Shown: piece after piece, positions 36,775 through 50,050 of the stretch
Layout of the letters: each line of letters starts with the position of its first letter
Numbering within the stretch: position 1 is the first letter of the stretch
From: Phoronis australis
Taxonomy: Eukaryota > Animalia > Phoronida
Assembly: GCA_002633005.1 (NCBI GenBank)
Contig: NMRA01000004.1
Location: 52,353-116,352 of the forward strand
Length of the DNA stretch: 64,000 bases
Reading direction: 5' to 3'
Translations under genes and position numbers: made by a program
The notes under the pieces: model-generated
Told to the model about the DNA's origin: nothing
The model's database searches: none
What the model saw: only the letters and a program-made list of their open reading frames with translations

Positions 36775-39512
36775 CCAATGTCATCAAGTCCTGTTGTCAG
36801 CAGTTCAGATTTTGCTCGGACGATCGAAATACATCATTTTAAAAAACTTCCATAAATGTGTTGCGTCAAATGACGATACAGTGTGAATGTCACAAGCAGA
36901 AATTTGAAACTTTTGTTGTTTACGTTCTGACGAAATCAAAAACCTCGACTTTATCGGAGGATTCGGCACTCAATAAGTGCCATAAGGAAAAAATAGGTAA
37001 GCCACAAAAAGTCACGTGATCTCGACGCCATGCATGACTTGTTATCCCGTCTACTTCTCATGTCGCCTTCGGTGGTAAACAAGGATGGCTCTTACAACTG
37101 CGAGAAAACTAAGGGGTTTCAGAAATAAATTTGTCGTAGCGTATACACGTAGAATGACAGCCTGCCACTTGATAACTGCCAATTTCAATAACGCGGCTGA
37201 TTCGAATGCACAGCACTGCAGAAAACCATGTCCGCAGTTCAAGGACCTCAACCACAAAGCCTCTGGAAATTGATTTGGGTTCCGCATTTACAATGTAAAA
37301 GGGCATTTTGAAAATCAATTCCGCATACCAAATTACGGGTAGGCTTTAGTCTGAGTAACTGGTGCTTGTCATTCTCAAAGGTATAGAGTGGGCGCATAGC
37401 TGAGCAGTGATTGTTTCATCCCAAAATTTCCAGAGTAGGGGTTGGCGATTACGTGAGCATGGGCATTAACCCGAATGTTTACTTTGATATTCATATTTCA
37501 ACGAATAATTCTTAACAACGAAGGAGTTTTACCAATAATCTCAAGACACATCTTAGATTTGAAAATATGATAACGGAGACCTCCAAATCTGCTAACAATA
37601 AACTTCAAGCTGGTTTAAAACGCCAACAATACCACTATGAGCACTCCAGACGGCACAGTTTTAGAAAACCAGAAGCGTTACATATTGAATTTAAAAGAAA
37701 TTTCTTCTCCAGCAAAATCACAACTAAGAAACTTACTGCTGCAATACACCCATGTTCCAAAACAGTAATCACAACAGCTGATAGCACACACAAAACAGAC
37801 ATTCAATGAACAGTGTCTTGCAGACTGATCAGTACACATACCACTGAAAAAATGATTGCACGGCACCCTCTCCTAAATCCTCTACCTGGCTGGCACCGAA
37901 AGGGCCAACATTAGCCTTAATACCTCCTGTTCCTATGGCAACAGTGAAGAGACCAATCAGGAAGTATAGCTGTTTGAATGTCTGGGAGAGAAAGATAAAA
38001 ACATTTGACATTTTCAAACAATCTTGATTATATGACAACAAAATCTATAAATATCCATTTTTAAGATCCAAACCAAAAGTATGTTGAGCTAAAACGGAAG
38101 CTTCATTTTGGTATTGATTTTAATAAATTACTAAAAAGTACATGTANCCAATGTCATCAAATCCTGTTGTCAGCAGTTCAGATTTTGCTCGGACGATCGA
38201 AATACATCATTTTAAAAAACTTCCATAAATGTGTTGTGTCAAATGACGATACAGTGTGAATGTCACAATCAGAAATTTGAAACTTTTGTTGTTTACGTTC
38301 TGAAGAAATCAAAAACCTCGACTTTATCGGAGGATTCGTCACTCAATAAGTGGTATAAGGAAAAAATAGGTAAGCCACAAAAAGTCACGTGATCTCGACG
38401 CCATGCATGACTTTTTATCCCGTCTACTTCTCATGTCGCCTTTGGTGGTAAACAAGGATGGCTCTTACAACTGCGAGAAAACTAAGGGGTTTCAGAAATA
38501 AATTTGTCGTAGCGTACACACGTAGAATGAGAGCCTGCCACTTGATAACTGCCAATTTCAATAACGCGGCTGATTCGAATGCACAGCACTGCAGAAGACC
38601 ATGTCAGCAGTTCAAGGACCTCAACCACAAAGCCTCTGGAAATTGATTTGGGTTCCGCATTTAAAAGCGCATTTTGAAAATCAATTCCGCATACCAAATT
38701 ACGGGTAGGCTTTAGTCTGAGTAGCTGGTGCTTGTCATTCTCAAAGGTATAGAGTGGGCGCATAGCTGAGCAGTGATTGTTTCATCCCAAAATTTCCAGA
38801 GTAGGGGTTGGCGATTACGTGAGAATGGGCATTAACCCGAATGTTTACTTTGATATTCATATTTCAACGAATAATTCTTAACAACGAAGCAGTTTTACCG
38901 ATAATCTCAAGACACATCTTAGATTTGAAAATATGATAACGGAGACATCCAAATCTGCTAACAATAACCTTCAAGCTGGTTTAAAGCGCCAACAATACCA
39001 CTATGAGCACTCAAGACGGCACAGTTTTAGAAAACCAGAAGCGTTACATATTGAATTTAAAAGAAATTTCTTCTCCAGCAAAATCACAACTAAGCAACTT
39101 ACTGCTGCAATACACCCATGTTCCAAAACAGTAATCACAACAGCTGATAGCACACACAAAACAGACATTCAATGAACAGTGTCTTGCAGACTGATTAGTA
39201 CACATACCATTGAAAAAATGATTGCACGGCACCCTCTCCTAAATCCTCTACCTGGCTGGCACCGAAAGGGCCAACATTAGCCTTAATACCTCCTGTTCCT
39301 ATGGCAACAGTGAAGAGACCAATCAGGAAGTATAGCTGTTTGAATGTCTGGGAGAGAAAGATAAAAACATTTGACATTTTCAAACAATCTTGATTATATG
39401 ACAACAAAATCTATAAATATCCATTTTTAAGATCCAAACCAAAAGTATGTTGAGCTAAAACGGAAGCTTCATTTTGGTATTGATTTTAATAAATTACTAA
39501 AAAGTACATGTA
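36775..39512. repeat. ~1.37-kb near-identical direct duplication flanking N38147, including exon 3 (probable uncollapsed haplotypes)
   Basis: 36775-38146 and 38148-39512 differ only at SNP level; the join is at the N. Confidence 0.9.
39208..39347 (-). CDS. SLC15A4: SLC15A4-like copy A exon 3 (duplicate at 37842-37981 across N38147)
   Basis: TFKQLYFLIGLFTVAIGTGGIKANVGPFGASQV...FFQW; CAG acceptor, GTATG donor. Confidence 0.9.
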
Positions 39513-41596
39513 TATTCTCTTTTAAAAGACATATACAATGTTGTTCCCCTAGTCCCTAGTAACTTTGAAATAAATGTAGACATAGTGTCATCTTCTTTAG
39601 CGTAATTGCACCAAATGACACAAAAACACAGCCTTTGGAGAGCACAGATTTTTTTGGCTAATAGCTTTTAAAGGGCAAACAGGTCGGGTAGTGGTTAGTC
39701 ATTATTCTTCGCACTTCGTGTTTTCGTCCACCAGAGACTGCTCCTTTGGTTTATAATTTATCACGAGGCACTTTATGGCTCAGTGCATCGCATGGAAGCA
39801 AACTGAAGATTTGTCATGAGAAACAAAAAATGGAAACAAGACCTCTGTGGAAAGCCAATTCAGTAAAACGTCTTTAATTTGTATCACGCTTTGCAGAAAC
39901 ATTACAGAGAACAGGTCATGGAATAAGTATTTTGTTGTCTTTTTTGTTTTTAGTTTTGCCATTTTCAAAGGACTTCTGAGTCATTCGGAGCATGTGAAAT
40001 GTTATTCCACTTTTTGCGATGCTTCATGTCCAAAACAACCAGACACACAACAAATGATCTTCGCAATTAAATAGAAACGGGCGGGCACACTTCACCATAC
40101 GACCAGACCTACACTACATTCTGGGTATTTGTTTGCAACACCACTGATTGCAGCGGGTGACGAAAGCATAGAAGGCACACACTGTGATCATTTCCAAACA
40201 ATGAAAACTAACCCTAAATAATGATAGAGCTGGCGCCCTTTTATTTCAACCACTTTGTAATTGATTTTGAGGAATAAGGTCAAAGAAATTGACGAGTTAT
40301 TTCCTTTGTTCTGTTCAACGTGGTCTCTCATTCAGCCACCTACCTCGTCATCTACAAGACCTACGTTCGTTCTCTTCATTTTTTCCCCACCCCCCATCCC
40401 GGGTGTCGGTTCCACTTTCTCTTTGCTCGTATATATTTCCTGTTAGTTTTTTTTTTCTTTCAAGTTTTGTTTTCATGTTCTGTACTTTTCCTTTAAGCCC
40501 TTCAGGCAGTTTTCTTGTTTTGTTCCCTCTTGCAGGGCTATTCATTGTACACGCCGGTGGGCGTTTTTTGCATGCCCATCTTGCAGAGTCTTAGTTAGTT
40601 TTATCTATTACGTCATAATAAATGACAATATTCGCAATCCTCCTCTTGTTTTACTCTGCAACATAGCTCGTGGCGTACCCCGGGCAAAATAGATTACGAT
40701 AAAAACTGCCAAGCGGGGATAGCAGTGGTTCAAGAATCAAATTATAACTACGCTCTTCTCAACAGAAAGTTGCGTACGTCTGATTTCCACAATCCCTCAC
40801 TAAACGCGGTGCACGTTGAGACGCGTAAAAACAGAGAAGCAACCAAAGTAGCTGCCAGTCATACAACGCAAGTGTCCTTGAATTATGCATGGACGTCGCT
40901 CTAAGTCACAATTGTAGAGCACTTAGTAAAATAAGTGCTCTGCAAACGCTACACTGTTGTTCAAATCAGAGCCTGGAGTGACCACTTATCTTGTGACAAA
41001 GTGGTATGCAAATGTGTCAGGTCAGCCATGGATCCAGAAGTAATCAAGACTCTTCCAGTTCAATCTTTTTTGTAACGAGTAGTGATGAACGGATTTAAAA
41101 CGACTACTTTCTGCCTGTTGAGCTCCCAGTCTAGCTGTGATTTCGTCACTATTTCTTCAAATGAACTGTCATAGCTCTTGTAAACTCTGCTTCTCTAAAC
41201 ATAACTAAATTCGCAGTCCACTTATTGTTCTGAAACTGGCTAGAACTTATTCCTAAAGGCCTTATAACGTAAAGTTACTTCTCAGTATGATCTCGAAAAC
41301 TGAACTAAGTGTTGTACAAACTAGGCGTGTCTTTGGACAAAGTTGTCTGTTTCAACCCTTCCAGGGCCCATTTCATGTGAAGATGAGGTTGGTGTTTCAA
41401 ACCCTTGATTAGGATTACAACAGTGTTTCCAGGCTTGACAATAACTGACAGTTATTCATAGTTGGTCAAGACTAGGCTTCGTGTAAAATGCGTACCAAGA
41501 TCAAGCCGAGTGCGAGTGATAGGCTACATATAAGCTGCATTAATGGTTACTCCTTGATAGAATGCATTAGTTTATAACACCTTAAATTATACTTAC

Positions 41597-41757
41597 TATA
41601 CTCATGTCCCAGGACTGAAACACCTGTCCAAATGCTGCAGTGGGCAGTAACAGGGCACCTACGATGTAGACGAGACCAGCTCCGTATATTGCATTGAAGC
41701 GCCCAGCTATGGAATCGGCAATCAATCCGCCGATAACCGGCAGAAAATAAGATGTTC
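41597..41757 (-). CDS. SLC15A4: SLC15A4-like copy A exon 2
   Basis: GTSYFLPVIGGLIADSIAGRFNAI (PTR2 signature); TAG acceptor, GTAAGT donor. Confidence 0.9.
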
Positions 41758-43861
41758 CTAGAAAAAAATAGTGTGTGCGTCGAAACAAACTAATGCAAGT
41801 ACAGGTGAGTGAAGAGGCATTTACAATTTCTCATTAAAAAATGTTGAAATGAGTAAAGTTCATTACATGACGAGTCATTATTTCTGGTGTTTGGCATTTA
41901 CGTTCATAACGAGTGATAAGTCTAGCCTTTCGACGAATGATCTTGACGTTTTCCACTGTCTCCGTTTTAGAACTACACTGTAGGCCATTTTCAAAATGGC
42001 ACGCTAAAAGTAAGGGATTCAACTAAAGTCATAAAGCAGACAACTTCTTGATACAAGTGCCCATCACGGTAAAAATCGCAAAATCATATTACAATTCACA
42101 AGCACCCCACTGTTACATTTAATGCCCTGAGTTTTATTTAAATTTCACAATTTCCGAAGAAAAACTATAAAACGAAATTAACACTTCGGTGGGCAGCGCT
42201 CGCAATCCAAAGAGACCTGGGTGGCTGATTAAGGAGAGAGTAGTACTCCCTTCTTAATCAGAACATCGGCTAAATATCCAAAAAATCAAACATGAAGTTC
42301 AGCACATAAAAAATACAAGGGATCGGCAGAATTTGTCCAAAAAATGGGCAAGGACTGTTGTCTCTTTAATAGCAACAAAATACCTGAAGGGAAGGTTTAG
42401 GCCTATAGAGAAGTGGCAGAAGTAAAACACACCAGGAAATTAATAGCCACGCTCTCCTTGATAAAAACATATCTGTCAAATTTCTTGAATAAAGCTTCAA
42501 ATGTTATCTGCTGGATAAGTTTGATTGTTGCGTGACGTCTGGTGCATTGTTCAACAATAACAACGTGACGCGTGATAATGCGACGTCATTGTTGTTATTC
42601 AGCGTATAACTTTTATGCAACTGGGCCCAGACTTACAACTCTTTATCGTTGTGGGAACACGACAACGTTTTCAGCGTTGTTTAATCTTAAAACCTGATGG
42701 AAAAGCTGGGCGGAGTTGCCTAAGACGAAACCTATTCATTTTTCATGCACAAACTCTTCGCGATGTTTGTATTTTTCGTGAGTCGTTTAAACATAGCACT
42801 GCCAGGAGGTGGAAAACAACTCTTTACGCACCTGAAAAACTTTATCGTGCACAAGAAGAACGAGGCATTGTTGAAACAGTTTGCATTTAGAAAAAATAGC
42901 TGGAAATCGACTAGAGTTGATGATGCAACCCAGTTAGTTATACACCTCTGTGTCAAGTTATAATAAAAATTTCGTGAAGTTTTTTGAAAGCAATAAAAGA
43001 CAGCCAATATATCAGATGTCAATAACCAAAATGGTCAACAGAAAATCGATTGTTGCTGGCGTACTCTCAACACTATTTTCAACGATTTCATGAACTGCCA
43101 ATTCTACTTTCAGCTACTAAGAAACGCAGTGTCCGATATTTCAAAAAGAATGATGAATGCCGATATCACAAGTTAGGCCTAGAGTATCCTTTTAAGTTTG
43201 GCAAGTTTGGTTGACCTTGACCTGCGGCATACACATAGGGATGATGGAATACACATAACAGGCTTATAACTTTAAGTGGTCAAAGGTGCAGACATGTTTG
43301 ATTACATTCTGTGGTAATATGGGAGAATACAAGATACTGCGGGAAGTGTGTAATAAACAAGTCAAAAGGTACAATCCTGCGTCTTTATGGAAATCGCCCA
43401 TGTCCCAATCTTCGGAATCGAGAAAATTTAATGTCTCATGAAAACAACCCAGCGCTAACACCCTCACCGGCCGAGTTTGGGCAACTCGATCGATTCGCTA
43501 AATTAAAATCTCCCGCTATCTTCAAACTATACAGCTCCAGCTGAAGTTTTCTTTCTCTGGAGATTAACTTGGGAAATCAGCAGCGAAATTCTCTATCATA
43601 GGTTTGGGTGTAAATACTGGTGATGACAACAGTGCTTTTTAAATTTCCATTTGAAAGTTTTCAAATATCGTAAAAATTGAATAGTTCATAACATTACGCA
43701 TTGTTACGTTTTTGAACTTTGAAAATCGGACAAGAAATGTAACTTTCATAACCTAAACTTAGAAAGTGATGCAATGTCGGTATTCTGCTTCATTGACTCT
43801 GCTGGGTGCGAAACTAGAAGTATTGAGGAGAGCCAACTGTCATCATACGATTCTGGGTATG

Positions 43862-44019
43862 CAGTGGCGGATTTAGATGGGGGTCAAGGGGCTATGCCTC
43901 ACCCTAAAATTCAAGCAGACTCCATGCGGCAGTTGGGGGCTGCAAATGTTTGACGGTCAAAATCCTGGCTAATACTCTGCCGTGCCCCCCCCCAACTCAA
44001 AATCCCGGATCCGCCCCTG
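43862..44019. mobile_element. Short GC-rich MITE with 5-bp TSD
   Basis: CAGTGGCGGAT ... ATCCGCCCCTG; GTATG on both sides. Confidence 0.75.
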
Positions 44020-44539
44020 GTATGAGCTTGAATTTCTGTGTCTCAACTTTTAGAGACTTCCCAAACTGGAGGCATTTATTGAAGTGTAATTTTAGGCTTT
44101 CGATCACAACGAACACGTGTACACTTTACGGAAACAAGTCATGGCAGATTTTTTAAAAACCAGTCACGGCAGATCGGGTTATTGTTAGGGATGCACAATT
44201 TTTGTGTCAGAAATTGAGTTCTGAACTCATGCATGTCATTGGTGTGAAGAAGTAGAGTGAAAATGTTTTTTAAAGTAAAATATCTGTGGTGATGACAGCC
44301 AACAATCCCGTAGCTAGCATTCGAATTTTAGAACGGCGGACCTTTGATATTTTGCAAACGTCGACACTAGAATTTTCGGTAAGGCCCTTGACGCAGCTGA
44401 ATTAGTGGGCTATCAGTTCTACAATCCTGAGATAAGACGAAATTTGTAATACTAGAAATCAGGACGCCGTAACGGTTGTTCGCAAAGAACGCAGCTCAAA
44501 TTCGCATGTGATGTGGCCCAGAACTGATATATCGCGGGC

Positions 44540-45428
44540 AGTACCAGTGAAAGTGTCGCGCGTAATTACGACCGTGACTTCACTCGCGGTTTATTGGTCA
44601 CGTGGACTCTGACGCAGTTGCGCTCGTACTATTACACTCATATTTTCGCTCGTAGTTTTACATGCGTAATTTCACGCTCGTAGTTTTCACATGTTATGAA
44701 GTATTCAGAAGGTAAAATCTCAGGTGCAAATTTTAGTGCAAAGGTTAAAAATATCAAAGATTGACTGAAATATTTTCACTTGCTGCCCTATCCCTCCCAG
44801 GAACTTGAAAGTGATTCGTTTTAGTGCATATTAATGTGCCAAAATGTATATCTAGCAGGTTGTCTGACAATGCTTTTACATTATTTTTTAAAATAACCAT
44901 GCTTTTTCATTTATTTAGGCAAAGTTTCATTCTGTTACTCTGAATCATGCGTGCAGAAGACATATGACATTGCAAAAAACATTGGTTCAAAACGGCTTTT
45001 ATGGGGTTGTGTAGTAAAATTTCCAAATGTTGGTGGTAAATCACTCACTCCATACTCACGACATTCGCAAACGAACCATTTGCATAACAAAAACAATATC
45101 AACTGCGTATTGATTTAATGAGTGGCGGTCTCGTGGACTCGTACTTAAATATAATGACTATACGTGCTAAAATTACGAGCGAAAAATACGATCGTAAAAC
45201 TTCTTTAGAGCTCACGTGACCAATAAACTAATTTCTTATTGGATATAGCGATTCCGGTCGTAAAACACGAGCGAACGGTTTTCGTCGGAATCTCGAGCGT
45301 AGGCCTAATTATGGACGAGCGATTTCTGAGCGACGTCTCGGTCGGGATCACGAGCGTAATCATGGGCGAACAATTTTGGTCGTAAAACACGAGCGAAATC
45401 TTGGTCGTGATTACGACCGTTATTAGAT
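44540..45428. mobile_element. Foldback-like element with CpG-rich ACGAGCG/GGTCGT repeats
   Basis: GTTTATTGGTCACGTG (44589) pairs with CACGTGACCAATAAAC (ends 45228); TTTTCGCTCGTA pairs with TACGAGCGAAAA; the outer arm has many GGTCG..ACGAGCG modules. Confidence 0.65.
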
Positions 45429-45459
45429 GCGCTCAGTGTTGCAGCTGGAAAACAACGAC

Positions 45460-46055
45460 CGCTGGTTCCCTGCGTGCCGCTAGGTGGGGCGGTAGCCGCA
45501 CCAGCACGCAGGTATCACTTAATTTTCCTCGGTAATTTTTTTCACACCGGCGTTTCTGATTGGCTAGTCGCATTCTCAACAGGCAGCGCTTTACGCAAAC
45601 AAACTGGCATGACTGATGGACTGAAGTGTAAATGTGGTCTGTTGTACAGATAAATCGGTGCTTAAAAATTATGTTCAAGAAATGTGAAGCCTAGAAATTG
45701 TGATTGCGCCTTTTCGAAATGCATCTTTCTACTGTCGATGACTTTTGTTTACGATAATGTCCTGAATTCATGCAGTATGAATAACACACCGGTTAAATCG
45801 GCCAGATATGTGTTTATTGTACGCGTATGTGCTTCAAGCACGCGGCTATTAAACATCACTGCAGAAACGAAATACTAGCGGCTGCGACGCCACTTGCATG
45901 ACAAGGCCAATCGTTCCGACAGTCCGCCATTTTTTCACCCGGTGTTGTAAAGTTAACCAATGACTGCCGAGGTTACATCGACCAATGTGCTGGAGCGCGT
46001 GTCACCGTGCGTGATACCTGCGTGCTGGCTGGGCTAAGCACGCAGGGAACCAGCG
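45460..46055. mobile_element. MITE with GC-rich TIRs
   Basis: CGCTGGTTCCCTGCGTGC..CCAGCACGCAGGTATCAC is mirrored by GTGATACCTGCGTGCTGG..GCACGCAGGGAACCAGCG. Confidence 0.8.
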
Positions 46056-46472
46056 AGGGGTAATAAGACACTTAATTTGGATTTCACACACACGCGGAAA
46101 CATGAGTACGAACTTGCATTTCTAAAAGAGAATGAAGTTGGAATACTGAATTCAACCACGATACCGTCATCTACGTACTGCCAACTGAAATAAACACCAC
46201 TCGGGTGTAGTTGGCAGTGAGGGTAGGTGGCCCGATGATTACGTGAAGCACTTTGAATCAGAATTCAAAATTATTACTAACTTGGTTATCATTGTAGTTA
46301 GTAGTACGAGTAGCTTCAACAATTTTGTTGTTGTTGTCCATCTATATATAGCTTTAACGGAGAGGCTGGGGCTGGATCTTTTCCTTCCGGCGATGGAACC
46401 CTCCGAACCCCCTCCCCCCTTTAATTTGTTTGCTGTGAGTTTATATATGTTTATTGCAATTTTGTACCTTAC

Positions 46473-46632
46473 CTACAAATACACCATTGATAATGAGACC
46501 GCTAGAAGTGCCTAGCTGAAGGTTTTCCGACAAGAACACAACTACATTGGCCGTTATACTGTAAAATGTGAGTCTCTCGCATAGCTCAGTGACAAGGATG
46601 CAGCAGGCAATGAATCTCCGGTTGGCATCCAT
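46473..46632 (-). CDS. SLC15A4: SLC15A4-like copy A coding exon 1
   Basis: MDANRRFIACCILVTELCERLTFYSI (ExxER motif); in-frame stop upstream of the ATG; GTAAG donor. Confidence 0.9.
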
Positions 46633-49600
46633 TACTTGATGATTTCAACAGTTCTTCAGCAATTCCATTGACTGAACACTAGGACGGACAGTTCCGGAAC
46701 TGAAAAACAGTGATGCTCCAGAAACATACTCTTCGCAAAGCCACAAGTCTGCCTTCAGAAGCCCGTTGTTCCTGCAACAAATAAACTACTCAATAGTTCG
46801 AGGCTGTCAATCAGAACGTGAAAATACTGTAGTGAACCAAGCTCATGTTTCATGGCGGTGCTTTTTCCCGTTCAGTGACATTACCTGACGTAGAGGGTTG
46901 TGAGCGTGTGATAACATCTAGCTTTTTGTTAACTTCCAAGCACAGTCTTTTGTCTGGTATGACAAGAGGGTGAACACAGTCAAACCCAGAGCGTTCGGAA
47001 AGAATCGAGATCGTCGTAACTTCGGTTGTAGTTGGGCGCTTTAAGCGATTCAAAAACTAAACATGATCAACATTTGACGAGGATTTCAGAAACGGTAATG
47101 GTTTATGTTCAAATATGTTATAACTTAACTTTTATTTTTAACAGCAGAGCCCATAAAGTCAGGCTATAGATACAATCTATTGGAGATTGGAGCAATTGTC
47201 GAACAAAAGCGAGCTGGCCCTCCAACCAAAAATGCCAGAATGGAGTTAATCAGTCGGGTAAGATATTGGCTACAGGGGTCACTCTTCCCAACTTGTTGTT
47301 GGGCTATAGAATCGAACAATTTGGGGGCAACGGGAAAATGTCCGACCTTGTTGTTAGAATGTCTAATGTTTGAAAATTTGCAAGATCAGTTTATATCAAA
47401 TGTCACAATTTGGAATAAACAAAGCTGACGTTTTTGTTTATTTGATGCGCTCTGACAGTATAACAGTGTTGCAAAATATTGATATTTTAGGACGAAGTAA
47501 ATAATGAAGTCCCACTACAGTTTGTGGTCTGTTTGATTGTGAAAGGGGTCGGTGACCTATTTAAATTGCCCTTTGTTGAGCCGTTGACGTCACTTTCTCT
47601 TGTTCCATGGATAGTGCTTACCGGGAATTTCTGAAAATACACCCATGGGCGTATTTTCGCAACCGTTAAAAATTTGATGGAGTGTTTAAAAATGCGTATG
47701 TTTTGAGGTAAAAATTTGTTATTTTGGCAAGACATTATTTCACTCTAATGATATCGAGTGACTTATCCGTATTAGCACTATCCCTGAAAATCCAAAAACT
47801 GGGCATCAAATCCTGTGTCTGAACATCAGCATTGTATAGGCATAGCTCACTGGGAAAGTACGTAAACGTAATTTCAAATATGACAAACTTGCATTTAAGT
47901 AATACACTGGTCTATGAAATCTCCAAAAAGCATTTCCTGAAAAAATTAAATGTTTTTATTGGAAGCCAAACATTTTCACGATCGCCTTGGTATTTTCCAG
48001 GCAGGTGGCACAGCTTCGTCGCACATATATAACGTATAGTCACACTTCTCTGTAATTTATTTGACTATAGGATTCACCAATGCTTGTCTTTTTAAACAAA
48101 ACATATAACAAAAAACCCTTAAGAGTTTATCTATTACTCAATATTTTCGTGTTAGATGTGAACAGAAGTCACATTTATAAAGAGATGAATGGTATTACGT
48201 GATTTTCGAACAACTTAAAAGGAAACTTTTGGTGAAAATTGTCTTTAAAATGAATAATTCTTAAGCTAATGATAACGTAGAAGGTTGTTCAATTCTATTA
48301 CGTAACGGTGTCACAGTCAGCATTGATAACACATTCAAACATGATATTTGTCAGGTGTCATAGCAGGCACGATACTGGCGTTTAGCAGACATGATACTGG
48401 CGTTATACTCGCGTGAGGATATTAGGTAGAGCCATAGAAATGACATTTGGATACACGCTTTCAACAACAATAAACGGCTTATTCGTTTGAGGCACCAAAA
48501 ATACACAACCCAAAAAATTGTTGCGATGGAGTTGAAACGCCTCAAGGCTAATTTTATGCAACAAAATTCAACTGATGTCTGTTTTATAAATTCTTCAGGA
48601 GAACACAAATTATCACCACATGTGGTCCCTCGCCGGTGTCCTCCTGTTGCGTGTGCCTAGCTCTGCAATTAGGCGCAGCTTTACAAGGGCATGCGCTCAA
48701 TAGCGTGCCGGGTTTTACGGTAACTCATTGGACCCAAGAAATTCGTGGGAAATACCTTAGTTCGGATGCAGCCGTATGCCGGAAAACGCACGTGCATGGT
48801 AATGAAATAATAGCAATGATGATGATGATGACGGCGACGGTGGTGGTGGTTGTGGTGATAATGCGACTTGTTTCCCCACACTTCAGAGATAAGGTGGTGC
48901 TACGGAGAGCGCCAGTTAGTGGGTGTATGTGTATTGCGAATGAAATACTACTTGTTTCACTTGCTAACTTGACTGTGCCACTTTGCACTGCGTGTTTCCA
49001 CTCGATAAACTCATTTAGAAATACAATGACGTTCACGGCTGTCTACAGAACTATCACAAACTATGTACCGTACATAGATCAGCCGTCAAACTCACGCTCA
49101 CAGCCTGTCCTGCCTTGCAGCTAAGCCTTGAAGCCAGTCACTCACTTTAATTGTCGATCGGCTTTCTGGTTCAATTTCTCGCTTACGCTGTCCGCATGAG
49201 TTCCTCAGAGATCAATTCATCATTGCAACTTTTCCGATGTTCAGAAGTCTTTTTATGAATTTATTTCGTTCAACTGTTTGAGAATACCCCTCGTAAAGCT
49301 TGCTCTCCGCCGTGTTGTGTTGCTGATTGACACTTCAACTGACCAAAGGTTGGGGTCAAAAGTCAAACTGACAACTGGCGTCTTATTTTTAAACAGGGAA
49401 AACACCATTGTCTGCAATAGAATCCCGGCTAAAACCCATTTTGCGACATAGCAGCGACATCATTAAAAATATGAATATTGCCTTCATCTTTCATGAAAAG
49501 TCTACTAAATATGCAATAAACCACTTTTTTGTTAAAATCGACGAAGCAAGATTTGGCATCTCTTCAATGGTTCTTCACGGGTCGACTGTAGCCTACTATA

Positions 49601-49859
49601 GATAATCTATCTATTGGGCAGTCTGTGTCATGCGCCCTTGATAAAAAGCGTACCGCTCGAAACCTGGGGAATATTTTATATATTTTAGTACCGACACTCT
49701 TCGTTTTACTAATATTTATTCTCCTTAACCGTCGGTAACTGCACGGCATTCCAACACCTATTTTTTCATATAGATAGTGATTAAGTAACAACTCATAATA
49801 CCGCTGGGATTTCGAGACAGATAGGCGAGAGCGTCGCGAAAACGCAAGAACGCACAACA

Positions 49860-50050
49860 CTTCGCGAGACATCACGAGAGTGCCAAAATATAAGTAACCG
49901 AATAACATATACTGGAACTCTTCTCTTAATTAACGTATTAAACAATATGACATAATTCAGCCGGCCAAATGCCGTGCTAAGATTGAGAAACAAGTAAAAA
50001 ACACTGCCATTAAATGTGTTATAAGCAATCTTAAAGGCGAAGGCCACCTT
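49860..50050 (-). mobile_element. LINE reverse transcriptase fragment (degenerate)
   Basis: SVFYLFLNLSTAFGRLNYVILFNTLIKRRVPVYVIRLLIFWHS resembles CFLDASKAFDRVNH..LF.KL..R.VP..IVRLL..WY. Confidence 0.65.

Larger units (their letters stand above)
29240..46632 (-). pseudogene. SLC15A4: SLC15A4-like POT-family transporter, copy A, 3'-truncated in exon 7
   Basis: Exons 46632-46473, 41757-41597, 39347-39208, 35678-35509, 35063-34852, 31177-30991 and 29421-~29280. All introns are GT-AG with compatible phases. Motifs ELCERLTFY, GTGGIKANV..FG and FFQWFYWFIN are present. Exons 8-9 are absent. Confidence 0.85.

Noticed and set aside
37842-39347. Duplicated SLC15 exon 3 as mutually exclusive exons
   Set aside because: The copies encode identical peptides within a near-identical 1.37-kb duplication that joins exactly at an N, which is typical of a haplotype overlap artefact.
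42180-42235. tRNA-like or SINE head (similar trace at ~39680)
   Set aside because: The A and B boxes are too degenerate and no cloverleaf can be drawn.
42615-43022. Possible Crypton/tyrosine-recombinase remnant
   Set aside because: Only a vague KPDGK resemblance; no catalytic motifs could be recovered.
48636-49124. 162-aa ORF with poly-Met/Val
   Set aside because: It is driven by GAT/GGT simple repeats and shows no family motifs.
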